A DNA stretch of 64,000 nt from Candidatus Bathyarchaeota archaeon (GTDB lineage: Archaea; Thermoproteota; Bathyarchaeia; Bathyarchaeales; Bathycorpusculaceae), in assembly GCA_963772455.1 (NCBI GenBank), contig CAVYXJ010000010.1:288001-352000 (forward strand), given 5' to 3'. Of the stretch, positions 41,955 to 51,728 are shown piece by piece. Below the pieces are notes generated by a model. That model saw nothing but the letters and a program-made list of their open reading frames with translations, was not told the DNA's origin and searched no databases. Position 1 is the stretch's first letter; each line of letters opens with the position of its first letter. A program made the position numbers and the translations under genes.

Positions 41955-42358
41955 GCGCTCCCAACAATAAACGCAACGAGAAGTGGGCAATCGTTCACAT
42001 ATTCAGCTCATATAACAACACTTTAATCCATATCACTGACATTTCAGGCGCAGAAACAATAGCCCGCACAACAGGCGGAATGTTCGTCAAAGCTGACCGC
42101 ATGGAATCTTCTCCATACGCAGCCATGCGTGCATCAACTGGAGCAGCCGAAATTGCACGTGACAAAGGAATTACCGCTATCCACATAAAAGTTCGAGCAC
42201 CAGGCGGCGCAGGACCAAGAACACCTGGACCAGGCGCTCAAGCAGCCATTCGAGCATTAGCCAGATTTGGTTTCCGCATTGAACGTATCGAAGAAGTCAC
42301 ACCAATTCCCCACGATGGAACAAGACGACCCGGTGGCAGAAGAGGCAGAAGAGTCTAA
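41951..42358 (+). CDS. rps11: 30S ribosomal protein S11
   Basis: [31 protein letters not shown]. Confidence 0.97.
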   Translation: MSAPNNKRNEKWAIVHIFSSYNNTLIHITDISGAETIARTTGGMFVKADRMESSPYAAMRASTGAAEIARDKGITAIHIKVRAPGGAGPRTPGPGAQAAIRALARFGFRIERIEEVTPIPHDGTRRPGGRRGRRV

Positions 42359-42408
42359 TCTGCAATATTCTTCCTTTATGGAAAGTAACTTATTGGAGTG
42401 TTTAGCAA

Positions 42409-43224
42409 GTGAAAATAGAAGTCCTTGAAAAAAACGATATCAACCTACGCATAGCCGTTAGAGATGCGGATGTTCCTTTAATGAACGCTCTGCGACGCCT
42501 AGCACTTGCTGAAGTTCCTTGTATGGCTATTGAAGAAGTTGTAATGATAGAAAACTCTTCAATTCTTCAAGATGAAATTATTGCTCATCGACTTGGTCTC
42601 ACACCTCTCAAAACTGATTTAGATGCATACAGTCTCGCTGAAGAATGCGAATGTAAAAGTGAATTTGGCTGCTCACAATGTCGAGTAACATTAACTCTTG
42701 ATGCTGAAGCAAAGGAAGGAACAAGAACTGTTTATTCCGGCGAAATTGTTTCTGAAAACCCAGAAATTGTGCCTGTCTCAGACAAAATTCCAATAGTTAA
42801 ACTTGCAAAAAACCAGAAGCTAAAACTGGAAGCTTACGCAAAACTTGGAATAGGCAAAACCCATGCAAAATGGCAGCCTGTTTCAATGTGTGCATACAAA
42901 TATTACCCAAAAATAACTACTCCAACAGAGAAATGTGAAGATTGCTCAAAATGTGTTGACATTTGCCCCAAAAAAGTTCTTGCAATAAAAGACGAAAAAG
43001 TTGATGTGCGCGATCTTTTAGCATGTAATCTTTGTTTGGATTGTGTTGATGCTTGCCCAAAAAAACCCTCTCCGCTCAAAGTTGAATGGGAAAAGAACGC
43101 TTTCGTAATGAGCATTGAGTCTACAGGTGCTCTTCCTCCGGAACGGGTCTTAAAAGAAGCAACTAAACTGTTAGGCAAACAACTAAACGAGTTTGAAGAA
43201 CAAATAAAGGCTGGATTACAATGA
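42409..43224 (+). CDS. rpoD: RNA polymerase subunit D (Rpo3) with ferredoxin-like insert
   Basis: NALRR, AHRLGL, HAKW; two CxxCxxCxxxCP motifs. Confidence 0.96.
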   Translation: MKIEVLEKNDINLRIAVRDADVPLMNALRRLALAEVPCMAIEEVVMIENSSILQDEIIAHRLGLTPLKTDLDAYSLAEECECKSEFGCSQCRVTLTLDAEAKEGTRTVYSGEIVSENPEIVPVSDKIPIVKLAKNQKLKLEAYAKLGIGKTHAKWQPVSMCAYKYYPKITTPTEKCEDCSKCVDICPKKVLAIKDEKVDVRDLLACNLCLDCVDACPKKPSPLKVEWEKNAFVMSIESTGALPPERVLKEATKLLGKQLNEFEEQIKAGLQ

Positions 43225-43583
43225 GAGAAACAAAAACTACAAACCCACAATTAATCGATCTTATTTATCTTCTTAAGAAAGAAAGCCGTGATAAGCAAGC
43301 ACCTATCTGGCTAGACGTCGCTGACCACTTGGCAAAACCACGAAGCCAACGCGTTGCTGTTAACTTGAGCAAATTAAACCGGCACACAAAAAAAGCAGAA
43401 GTAATAGTCATACCAGGTAAACTCTTAGCTTCAGGTAGTATAGATCACGCTTTGACTGTCGCAGCATTCGATATCTCAGATAAAGCTAAGCAAAAACTTG
43501 ATGCGGTTAAAGCTAAATATATAACCATCTCAGAGCTGTTGGAGAAAAATCCCAAAGGCTCAAACGTAAGAATTATTCGGTGA
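43221..43583 (+). CDS. rpl18e: 50S ribosomal protein L18e
   Basis: VNLSKL, PGKLL, NPKGS. Confidence 0.95.
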   Translation: MRETKTTNPQLIDLIYLLKKESRDKQAPIWLDVADHLAKPRSQRVAVNLSKLNRHTKKAEVIVIPGKLLASGSIDHALTVAAFDISDKAKQKLDAVKAKYITISELLEKNPKGSNVRIIR

Positions 43584-44035
43584 GAAAAATGCAAACAACT
43601 AAAACATCAGTCACTTTCGTGAACGCTGAAGGCTTAATCGTTGGTCGAATGTGCAGCAAAGTAGCTAAACGATTGCTAAATGGTGAGGAAGTAATCATAT
43701 TAAACGCTGAGAAAGCTGTTTTCTCTGGCAAGAAGAAAAGCAAAGTACTTGAAGCACATAAATTCCTTGAGGTTGGCGCTCCCATGCGTGGGCCTTTCCA
43801 TTATCGTAGACCTGACCGTTTTCTACGAAAGATAGTGCGTGGTATGGTTCCTTTTAAGTTGCCTAAGGGCAAAAGTGCCTTCAAACGGTTGAAGGTGTTT
43901 ATGGGCATCCCGCTTGAATTCAAAGATCAAAAAATGATAACATTCGAAGAAGCTAATTCAATAAATCTTAAAGGACCACACTTTACCCTTGGCGAATTAG
44001 CAAAGGAAATTGGTTGGTTCGACAGGATGGAATAA
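43580..44035 (+). CDS. rpl13: 50S ribosomal protein L13
   Basis: GR..S.VAK.LL.GE, GPFHYRRPD, VRGM. Confidence 0.96.
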   Translation: MRKMQTTKTSVTFVNAEGLIVGRMCSKVAKRLLNGEEVIILNAEKAVFSGKKKSKVLEAHKFLEVGAPMRGPFHYRRPDRFLRKIVRGMVPFKLPKGKSAFKRLKVFMGIPLEFKDQKMITFEEANSINLKGPHFTLGELAKEIGWFDRME

Positions 44036-44037
44036 TT

Positions 44038-44448
44038 ATGCCCGCAAAAAAAGTTTTAGTTGTTAGTGGAAAGCGAAAAACTGCAGTTGCCCGCGCCGTT
44101 GTTAAGCAAGGTGTAGGTAGAGTGCGAATAAATATGACTCCAGTTGAAATTGTTGAGCCTGATATTGCTAAAGCAAAAATTATGGAGCCTCTGCTTCAGG
44201 CAGGCGCAGATGTTTGGCAACAACTTGACATGGATGTAAAAACTAGTGGTGGAGGATATATGGGACAAGCTGAAGCGGCACGCATGGCAATATCAAATGC
44301 TCTTCTAAAATGGACAAAAAGTACACATCTTCGGACAGTATTTAGTGAATACGATCGTACAATGATTGCTGGAGACTCACGAACTAAAGAAACTAAGAAA
44401 GTGGGCGGAGCAGGCGCGCGGTCCAAAGAGCAGAAAAGCTACAGATAA
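44038..44448 (+). CDS. rps9: 30S ribosomal protein S9
   Basis: GKRKTAVAR, GGG..GQ, QKSYR. Confidence 0.97.
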   Translation: MPAKKVLVVSGKRKTAVARAVVKQGVGRVRINMTPVEIVEPDIAKAKIMEPLLQAGADVWQQLDMDVKTSGGGYMGQAEAARMAISNALLKWTKSTHLRTVFSEYDRTMIAGDSRTKETKKVGGAGARSKEQKSYR

Positions 44449-44466
44449 GGAGATAGAAGTTACAAT

Positions 44467-44697
44467 ATGATTATTCCCGTAAGATGCTTTACTTGCGGCA
44501 AACTCGTTGGAGACCGTTGGGATGAATTTACTCGTCGAATAAAGACAGGTGAAAACGCCAGTGACGTTCTTGACAGTTTGGGTTTGAAAAGGTACTGTTG
44601 TAGACGTATGTTGCTCGCAAACGTAGAAATCATTGATGAAGTATTGAGGTTCTACGAAGAAGCCGAGAAACGTAAAGAAGCCCGCAACTTCTATTAA
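44467..44697 (+). CDS. rpoN: RNA polymerase subunit N (Rpo10)
   Basis: [19 protein letters not shown]. Confidence 0.97.
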   Translation: MIIPVRCFTCGKLVGDRWDEFTRRIKTGENASDVLDSLGLKRYCCRRMLLANVEIIDEVLRFYEEAEKRKEARNFY

Positions 44698-44900
44698 AAT
44701 TTCTTTTTTAGTTTCTTTATATTATTGGGCGAAAGCTTGCTCTTGAATGCTCTTTTCTAATGTGGTTTTAAACCGCACGATGTGATTTCACAAATTATAT
44801 TTTGTTCTTTGAAAAGGCAATTTTCTAAGATAAGTATAGTCGAAAACCAATTTCAGGGAAGATTAGAGTTTAAAAATATATTAGAAATTTAGACTAAAGC

Positions 44901-45308
44901 TTACAATAAAATTCTTTTTATTATAAAAGCGTGAGTGGCAGTTCTCTCCATAAAAACCCCAATTTTGTTATCGCCCACGCTCATGCAAAGTACCTTTACG
45001 TTTTTGCCCTCAACTAAGACGCTTTCAATATCTGCCAGATTGAATTGTATTGCAATTTCGTTGCTTGACTCAGAAATTTGAGATGACAAGATAGCGTAGT
45101 CGATTATTTTTGTTTGCTCGGCTAAGTCTATTATGGCTGAGGTATTGTTTCTGAGAATATAACCTGTGACTCCTTTTAGTTTGCGTATTTCTGATAAACT
45201 TGCAGCTAAGTTTTCGAAAACAGTATTATCATCTCCGACCGAAATAACTGGAGCGTTATTGTTTGGTTCGGTTGAGATTTCAATATTTGTTTTCTGTTTC
45301 AACACCAT
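44901..45308 (-). CDS. Roadblock/LC7 (MglB-like) domain protein
   Basis: helix-LKGVTGYIL-strand, helix, ESVLVEG/VLC/IGVFM strands match Roadblock topology. Confidence 0.65.
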   Translation of the reverse strand: MVLKQKTNIEISTEPNNNAPVISVGDDNTVFENLAASLSEIRKLKGVTGYILRNNTSAIIDLAEQTKIIDYAILSSQISESSNEIAIQFNLADIESVLVEGKNVKVLCMSVGDNKIGVFMERTATHAFIIKRILL

Positions 45309-45317
45309 ATCTCACGC

Positions 45318-46121
45318 TCATTCGATTACAGGTTTAACCATAACTAACTTGCCTTTTTCAGTTTGCAAGGTTTGAAGAATTTTTTCAGGTATTTGGATAA
45401 TGCCTTTAGAATTGGCTTTTTCTTCTTTGATAGCTTTAAATTTGCAGGTGGTTTTTTTGCCATCTAAGGCTTGTATGTCAACCATAGTGATTTGTTTGCC
45501 CTCGTATAGATCGCTCCATTTCGCTAAAATTTCGCCATCGATTCTCACTGTGTCGGCTTGGACAAGTATGCCTCCGATTTTTTCAACCATGAATTGGTTG
45601 ACGGGTGTTTTTGGCAAGGCTTCGTAAATTGGTTGAGTTTCGGGTATAGGTTCTATGTTTGGTTTTTCTTCTTCCAGTGGCAGAGGCGAAACCTTTTCTT
45701 CGATTGGCAGGTCTTGGAGTTCAATAGTTTTTTGTACTGAGACCTCTGGTTCTAAAGATTCATGCTGTTCAACTAAGCGGGCAATTGTTGGAATTACAAC
45801 CTGAGTTAGTGATTTAACGATTTCTTGGTTTGCTTTACGTGAAGAAACCGTTGCTAAATAAAGGCTATCCATTGCTGTGATGTTAAGTTGACTTCCGCCT
45901 GTTTGGATAGTTAGGCATTCAACTCCTCCGATTGACTGAGCTGGTAAGGAGATATTTTCAAAGTTGGCAATTAGTTTCTTGGTTTGGTCTTCGTTTGTGG
46001 CTTTAGTATTAGCAATGGTCTGGCCATTGTTTTTAAAAATTAGAACGTTGGTGGTTTCTGGGCTTAAGGTTTTTAATTCATCTATGACTGTTTGGAGCGG
46101 GTTTGAATAAGCCTCAGTCAC
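45318..46121 (-). CDS. Two-domain protein: Roadblock-like N-domain, Pro/Glu linker, double-psi beta-barrel-like C-domain
   Basis: VLIFKNNGQTI and GGVECLTIQ strand pattern; C-terminal TVRID...KGIIQIPEKI...KGKLVMVKP resembles the CDC48 N-domain barrel. Confidence 0.5.
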   Translation of the reverse strand: MTEAYSNPLQTVIDELKTLSPETTNVLIFKNNGQTIANTKATNEDQTKKLIANFENISLPAQSIGGVECLTIQTGGSQLNITAMDSLYLATVSSRKANQEIVKSLTQVVIPTIARLVEQHESLEPEVSVQKTIELQDLPIEEKVSPLPLEEEKPNIEPIPETQPIYEALPKTPVNQFMVEKIGGILVQADTVRIDGEILAKWSDLYEGKQITMVDIQALDGKKTTCKFKAIKEEKANSKGIIQIPEKILQTLQTEKGKLVMVKPVIE

Positions 46122-46145
46122 CGTTTAGTCTCCTTTTTCTTCGAC

Positions 46146-46571
46146 CTAAGATATTTTGAATAAGATGCGCTCTGGAATGCCATCATCTTCTACTACTAGG
46201 TACTTGAGACCTTCAGTGTCACCGAGTTGATCAAGCCATTTTAGGGCTTCACGCACTTTTTGCAATACCAATAATCTTTCTTGGTGGCTGCGCACTACAG
46301 ATTCTATTGCTGTTAACTCGTGAGATGCATTAGCGTCTAAAATAATGTTTAAGGTTCCAACAGTGATTTCGTTTTGGCTTTCCATTGGGGCTTTTTTGCC
46401 CGCCAACTTCATAACGACTTCGCGAACCTTTTTTGATTTCTCTGCTAACGTGCGGATTTCATCGAGTTTTCGTAGATATTCGCCTAAGATGCTTTTAGTT
46501 TCGGACAATTGCTTGTCTAAAGCTTCGGCTATTGCTTGGGCGGATGAATATTCTTTAATTTGTGTTACCAT
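46146..46571 (-). CDS. Coiled-coil hypothetical protein
   Basis: Two long heptad helices with terminal beta strands (YLVVEDDGIPERILF). Confidence 0.75.
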   Translation of the reverse strand: MVTQIKEYSSAQAIAEALDKQLSETKSILGEYLRKLDEIRTLAEKSKKVREVVMKLAGKKAPMESQNEITVGTLNIILDANASHELTAIESVVRSHQERLLVLQKVREALKWLDQLGDTEGLKYLVVEDDGIPERILFKIS

Positions 46572-46599
46572 GATTTGTTACTTCCTAAATTTTTTTCTA

Positions 46600-46639
46600 A
46601 ATAGAGAAAGAGGAAAGTTAGGTGAAGATTCCTTCACCT
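46600..46639 (-). terminator. Hairpin plus pyrimidine-rich tract after the pilin gene
   Basis: AGGTGAAG-ATTC-CTTCACCT (46620-46639) followed on the minus strand by TTTCCTCTTTCTCT. Confidence 0.55.
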
Positions 46640-46676
46640 TACCCCCGAATTTCTAGATGTTCTAAATGTTGGACGT

Positions 46677-47127
46677 TTATGGGTTGTATGTTGCAGTGTA
46701 GACGATGTTGTTCCCTTTGGCTGTTGACGAATCCAAGTTGATATTGTGCACCTGCTGCTGAATTGAACCGAGTTGCTAGAGTCAAAGTGATAGACCTTTG
46801 TCTGCCTTTAGCAATGGTGGTGTTTGCTATAAGATCGTTACTGCACTGCTGCAACTGTGTTTCCGTCTATTGTACTGCCTTGTTAGATATTATTACTGAG
46901 GATGCACCACTATTTCTAAGCTGTTAGAGTAACGGTATGTATGCCGTTAAATATGGATTTGATGACTGTGACTTGTTCTGCGTTTTCATGAGGCCGAGGG
47001 ACATTCCTCCCATCCATGCTGCGACGACGACGCTGACTGCGACTGTGACGGCGATCAAGATGATTGATGCGACTACGGGGCTTAATCCTTTTGCGTTTTT
47101 CTTAAATTTTCTGAAGTATTTGTTCAT
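46677..47127 (-). CDS. Archaeal type IV pilin (class III signal peptide); head domain disrupted by multiple indels
   Basis: KKNAKG/LSPVVASIILIAVTVAVSVVVAAW; fragments NAEQVTV, RNSG, TIDGN, TAKGNNIVYTATYNP* in alternating frames. Confidence 0.85.
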
Positions 47128-47184
47128 TTTTCTTATTTTCCTTTTGTAGGTTTGTAATACTTATCGACGGAATCAGCCTTTTAA

Positions 47185-47208
47185 ATATTACGTCTTACTA
47201 CACCATAT
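47185..47208 (-). promoter_or_regulatory. Candidate operator at pilin promoter
   Basis: ATATTACG-TCT-TAC-TACAC, near-identical to 47729-47747; overlaps the TATA-like TTTTAAATA. Confidence 0.45.
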
Positions 47209-47329
47209 TAAATTGTTGTTGTACACAAATGCAGCTAAGCCAAAATACCTCAAAAAAAGTAAATTATTGTCACAAAAAGAAATAAATGATAGAAAGAAAA
47301 CGGCTTTTATGCCATTTATCTAGCTAAAT

Positions 47330-47671
47330 TTATTTTTTAACGTCTAGTTCGTCAAAAAATCCGAGAAGAAGATTTGATACTTTCTCTCCAAGAACAGTTT
47401 TCACATAGTATTTTTTGAGAGGATCTATTCGTTCACTTTTAGCTAAACCCAAAGATTCGATCTCTATCATTCTTGCTCTAAAAGTACCATCACTGAGGGT
47501 TAGGTTATTGTCTTTCATGAAGTCTTTAGCATCCTTCCATTTGCCTCGACCAACATGAAGCAATAGCAAACAGTCGATGGCATGATCTTTCTCAAGCATC
47601 GATTTTATAGCTGCTAGCTTTGGTTCTGTGAGTACGCGTTTAATCTTTTCTTCATCCACATTCTTCACCAT
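47330..47671 (-). CDS. Winged helix-turn-helix transcription regulator (HxlR-like)
   Basis: LSDGTFRARMIEIESLGL recognition helix, wing KYYVKT.LGE. Confidence 0.7.
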   Translation of the reverse strand: MVKNVDEEKIKRVLTEPKLAAIKSMLEKDHAIDCLLLLHVGRGKWKDAKDFMKDNNLTLSDGTFRARMIEIESLGLAKSERIDPLKKYYVKTVLGEKVSNLLLGFFDELDVKK

Positions 47672-47728
47672 TTTTCTATTCTCCTTTCATTTGTTAATTA
47701 TTGGAAAAGACGCCTAAGCATTTAAACT

Positions 47729-47751
47729 ATATTACGAAATACGACACATAT
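47729..47751 (-). promoter_or_regulatory. Candidate operator at wHTH promoter
   Basis: ATATTACG-AAA-TAC-GACAC next to TTTAAA. Confidence 0.45.
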
Positions 47752-47996
47752 CTCCAGACGCCTATCTCCCGAATAAATTTAATAAGATTAACCCCTTAAT
47801 AAACCTGCAACCAAGTAAGCGAAAAAACAATTCATCCAACATTAAAACTCAATGTAAAAATCGAATAACATTCACAATAAACCCAATAATAGATGAAATA
47901 TTAAAAATGAGGTTCAATAAAGTATGCATGGGTATTTTGGGTATGGAAAAGCTTAACAGACTCAAAAAGGTAGTTCCCAATTAAGAGACGAAAGTT

Positions 47997-48578
47997 TTGG
48001 TTTCCAATATAGATTATGAAGTTCCAACTTGGAATCAAATATATGAAATGCTTCTTTGTCAATCACAAAAAATAAGCTGCCAAAATTATAAGCCAGATAT
48101 CATTGTTGCCATAGCACGAGGAGGCTTAATACCTTCTCGCATCTTAAGTGATCTATTAGAAATCCCGAATCTTAGCTTTATTCAAATAGAATTCTATACT
48201 AACATAAATCAAACATTGCAAGAACCAAATCTGAAACAAACCTTAATTACAAATGTAACGGGCAAAAAAATTCTTCTAGTTGACGACATCTCGGATACAG
48301 GAAAAAGTCTGAAACTTGGCAAAATTCACCTTCAACAACTAGGGGCTTTAGAAGTAAAAACAGCCACATTGTACCAAAAACCACTCTCCGTAACAGTTCC
48401 CGATTTTTGCGAAAAACAAACAGTTGCTTGGGTAGTTTTTCCGTGGGATACAAAGGAGACTCTTCGAAAAATAATTAATAATCAATTTGGTAAACGAATT
48501 CTAAATCAGGAATTGGCAAAACTTGTAAAAGCGGGTTTGCCTAAGCAGCTAGCTGAAAAACTCTTAAAAGACTTGTAA
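47997..48578 (+). CDS. Type I phosphoribosyltransferase (purine PRT-like)
   Basis: IARGG, LVDDISDTGKSL, WVVFPWD. Confidence 0.92.
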   Translation: MVSNIDYEVPTWNQIYEMLLCQSQKISCQNYKPDIIVAIARGGLIPSRILSDLLEIPNLSFIQIEFYTNINQTLQEPNLKQTLITNVTGKKILLVDDISDTGKSLKLGKIHLQQLGALEVKTATLYQKPLSVTVPDFCEKQTVAWVVFPWDTKETLRKIINNQFGKRILNQELAKLVKAGLPKQLAEKLLKDL

Positions 48579-48589
48579 TTGGAATCAAA

Positions 48590-49153
48590 ATGTTGCAATA
48601 CTTAAGAGGGTACGGTAAATACTTGGAAATAACAGGGTACAACAACGTAGAGTTCGACAGAGTTGAATTATTTTTAAAAGCCAATCGAAAACAAACTTGC
48701 CAAAACGTAGATATTCAATTCTTTGATGCTGACTTAATTGCAACTCAAGAACATCTATACTTCGCTGTTCTAAACGCTCTGCAAGCTTTCGATAACAAAA
48801 CCAATTTTTCAAAGAGTCTAGCTATGGAAACAATGTTATATGCTTCGGCAGAAGGGCAAATAAAAAAAGCCATAATTCGGGTTGGAATAAAACCTCAAAC
48901 TCACAATATGGCGATAGTAATTATTGGTGATGACCCAAAACAAATAGAAACTATGCTTAAAGCAGTAACAAAAAACATGGGTAGTGAACCTGATGAGGGC
49001 GTTCTTGGTTTAACAAAAGACAAGGAAGAAAAAATTAAGGTAGCCTTTGAAATTACAGAACAAGAATTAAAAGTTCTTGAAAATGATAATCAAAAGAAAG
49101 CAATAATTAACTTGGTCATTGAGCGTGTTGCCTTACTTTCGACTCAATTGTGA
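48590..49153 (+). CDS. cgi121: KEOPS subunit Cgi121
   Basis: QFFDA.LI...HL..A, KSLAME.MLYAS..GQI..AI..VG, IERVALL. Confidence 0.9.
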   Translation: MLQYLRGYGKYLEITGYNNVEFDRVELFLKANRKQTCQNVDIQFFDADLIATQEHLYFAVLNALQAFDNKTNFSKSLAMETMLYASAEGQIKKAIIRVGIKPQTHNMAIVIIGDDPKQIETMLKAVTKNMGSEPDEGVLGLTKDKEEKIKVAFEITEQELKVLENDNQKKAIINLVIERVALLSTQL

Positions 49154-49154
49154 G

Positions 49155-49691
49155 TTAAATCATTTTTTCTTTAATAACTGCCAGCATATCATTAGGCTTT
49201 AATAGAGACAGACCTGTTAAAGCTCCCAGGACTTCAATAAGCATGATTTTGTCAGGGTTTTCAAGGTTAGCTGTATTTTTAATTTCTCCTACCGCTGCCT
49301 CAATAAGTTCTTTTGAATGGAGATTTGTGAAACGTTTTTCAATTGTTACTCTGAAAGTTTCGTTTTCGCCTATTTTTTTGGCTAACTCTGCAGTCGCTTT
49401 TTTGATTTCCTCCAAATCGGTAGGTACAACCTTTTCTATTGGCAGAATTCTTAGTGCATAACGAAATTCGTATGGGCGTTCTTTTAAGATATTGCGGAAT
49501 TTTTCTATAACAGTACAGGGATCAAGAGAAGTTTTTGCAACAATTAGGCCGCGTATTTTTGTTTTTGCTGCTTGTGCTTCGGTGTCGCCTAGTTCTTCTT
49601 TGAGCATGAAAAGAATTTCGTTAATCATTGGGCGTTCGTTTCCCCGAGAGGTGGTTGCTATAAGATTGAAGCCATTTATCATTGTTGTCAC
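49155..49691 (-). CDS. THUMP domain protein
   Basis: TFRVTIEKR, NLENPDKI.LIEV. Confidence 0.88.
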   Translation of the reverse strand: MTTMINGFNLIATTSRGNERPMINEILFMLKEELGDTEAQAAKTKIRGLIVAKTSLDPCTVIEKFRNILKERPYEFRYALRILPIEKVVPTDLEEIKKATAELAKKIGENETFRVTIEKRFTNLHSKELIEAAVGEIKNTANLENPDKIMLIEVLGALTGLSLLKPNDMLAVIKEKMI

Positions 49692-49934
49692 ACTTGAAGG
49701 GAATGATGGTTGAGAGGTTATTTTTGCTTTCGCTAATTAGTTTCTGCTATTTTGGCGAGACTCCTGAATGATTCTTTGTTAAACGAATTTGTAAAAGTGT
49801 ATTAAAGAATTATTTAATCATCAAAACAGTACAGATGACTACTGCATCGATGCAAGGGTAAAAGTTTATATTTCCGTTGGGTTTTTAGCATAAAACCGTA
49901 TTAAACAAGGTTCTAGTAAATAGGGAATGATAAT

Positions 49935-51584
49935 ATGGCGTATTTAACAACAACAAATTCAGGACAACCGGTCCTCATCCTTAAAGAAGGTACAACAAGA
50001 AGCAGAGGCAAAGAAGCCCAAAGAAACAACATAATGGCAGCACGAGTAATCGGCGAAGTACTAAAAACCACTCTGGGCCCACGCGGCATGGATAAAATGC
50101 TGATTGACAGCCTAGGCGACATCACAATAACAAACGACGGCGCAGCCATCCTCAAAGAAATCGACGTTGAACACCCAGCAGCAAAAATGATGGTTGAAAT
50201 TGCAAAAACCCAAGACGACATGGTGGGCGATGGAACAACCTCCGCAGTAGTTCTCGCGAGCGAATTACTCAGAAAAGCTGAAGAACTTCTTGACCAAAAC
50301 ATTCATCCAACAATTCTTGTAAGCGGTTACCGTAAAGCTTCTGTAAAAGCAATTGAAGCCATAGGAAAAATGGCAGTTCCACTAGATGTAAAAGACCGCA
50401 AAACGCTCCTTAAAGTCGCTTTAACCTCAATGAGCAGCAAAGCAGTCGGCTCAGCAAAAGATCACCTAGCAGAAATATCCATAGATGCAGTTTCACAAAT
50501 CTCTGAAAAACGCGGCGACAAAATAATCGCGGACATAGACAACATTCAACTCGTCAAGAAAACAGGTAAAAGCCTTCTTGAAACACAATTAATTCAAGGT
50601 ATAATAATTGACAAAGAAGTTGTCAGTCCAGGGATGCCAAAAGTCAAAGAAAACGCAAAGATCGCACTTTTAGATTCAGCCTTAGAAATCGAGAAAACCG
50701 AAATCACCGCTGAAATCCGCATCAAAGACCCCTCACAAATGAAAGCGTTCCTCGATCAAGAAACCGACATGATGCAAGACATGGTTAAAAAAATCAAAGC
50801 CTCAGGCGCAGATATAATCTTCTGCCAAAAAGGTATCGATGACATGGTTCAGCACTTTCTATCAAAAGACGGTATAATGGCCGCAAGACGTGTAAAAGAA
50901 TCCGACATGGAAAAACTTGCAAGAGCCACAGGCGGAAGAATAGTCAGTGACTTAGATGACCTCAAGAAGGCAGACCTCGGCTTAGCCGGACATGTTGAAG
51001 AACGCAAAATCGGCGATGACAAAATGATATTCGTTGAAAAATGCAAAGATCCACACTCAGTTGCAATCCTCATACGTGCAGGCTTAGAACGAATGGTTGA
51101 TGAAGCCGAAAGAGCAATGACCGATTCACTATCAGTAGTATCAGACGTATTAGAAAACAACAAAATCGTCGCTGGTGGCGGAGCAGTAGAAATTGAAATC
51201 GCTAAAGAACTACGTAAATATGCAACCAAAGTAGGCGGACGTGAACAGCTTGCAGTTGAGGCATTCGCGGATGCAGTTGAAGTAATCCCACGCACACTCG
51301 CAGAGAACGCAGGCTTAGAGCCAATCGACATACTAGTTGAGCTACGACAAGTACATGACAAAGAAACCGGCAAATATATGGGGATCAACGTTTTCACAGG
51401 CAAACTACAAGATAGCATTGCAAACGGTGTAATCGAACCAATCGTAGTCAAAGAACAAGCCATTAAGTCAGCAGCAGAATCAGCAGCAATGATACTACGC
51501 ATAGACGACGTAATTACATCTAAAGCACCAAAAGGCGGTCCAGGTGGCCCAGGCGGAATGCCGGGCGGTATGGGCGAAGAATAA
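49935..51584 (+). CDS. thsB: Thermosome subunit, second paralog
   Basis: [22 protein letters not shown]; alpha/beta assignment tentative. Confidence 0.95.
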   Translation: MAYLTTTNSGQPVLILKEGTTRSRGKEAQRNNIMAARVIGEVLKTTLGPRGMDKMLIDSLGDITITNDGAAILKEIDVEHPAAKMMVEIAKTQDDMVGDGTTSAVVLASELLRKAEELLDQNIHPTILVSGYRKASVKAIEAIGKMAVPLDVKDRKTLLKVALTSMSSKAVGSAKDHLAEISIDAVSQISEKRGDKIIADIDNIQLVKKTGKSLLETQLIQGIIIDKEVVSPGMPKVKENAKIALLDSALEIEKTEITAEIRIKDPSQMKAFLDQETDMMQDMVKKIKASGADIIFCQKGIDDMVQHFLSKDGIMAARRVKESDMEKLARATGGRIVSDLDDLKKADLGLAGHVEERKIGDDKMIFVEKCKDPHSVAILIRAGLERMVDEAERAMTDSLSVVSDVLENNKIVAGGGAVEIEIAKELRKYATKVGGREQLAVEAFADAVEVIPRTLAENAGLEPIDILVELRQVHDKETGKYMGINVFTGKLQDSIANGVIEPIVVKEQAIKSAAESAAMILRIDDVITSKAPKGGPGGPGGMPGGMGEE

Positions 51585-51728
51585 ATTTTCCCCTTTTAAC
51601 TTTCTTTTTTAATTTCTTCTAAAAACAATTTTTCGAAATTATTATTTTTCTCTATTGTTCAATAGAGCTTATTTTGTTATTAAAAATGGTTTTATAGTTG
51701 AACGCCGTAAGTTGGGCGTGCTTCAATC

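Noticed and set aside
42900-43070. Two ferredoxin motifs in RpoD
   Set aside because: Known feature of many archaeal Rpo3 subunits
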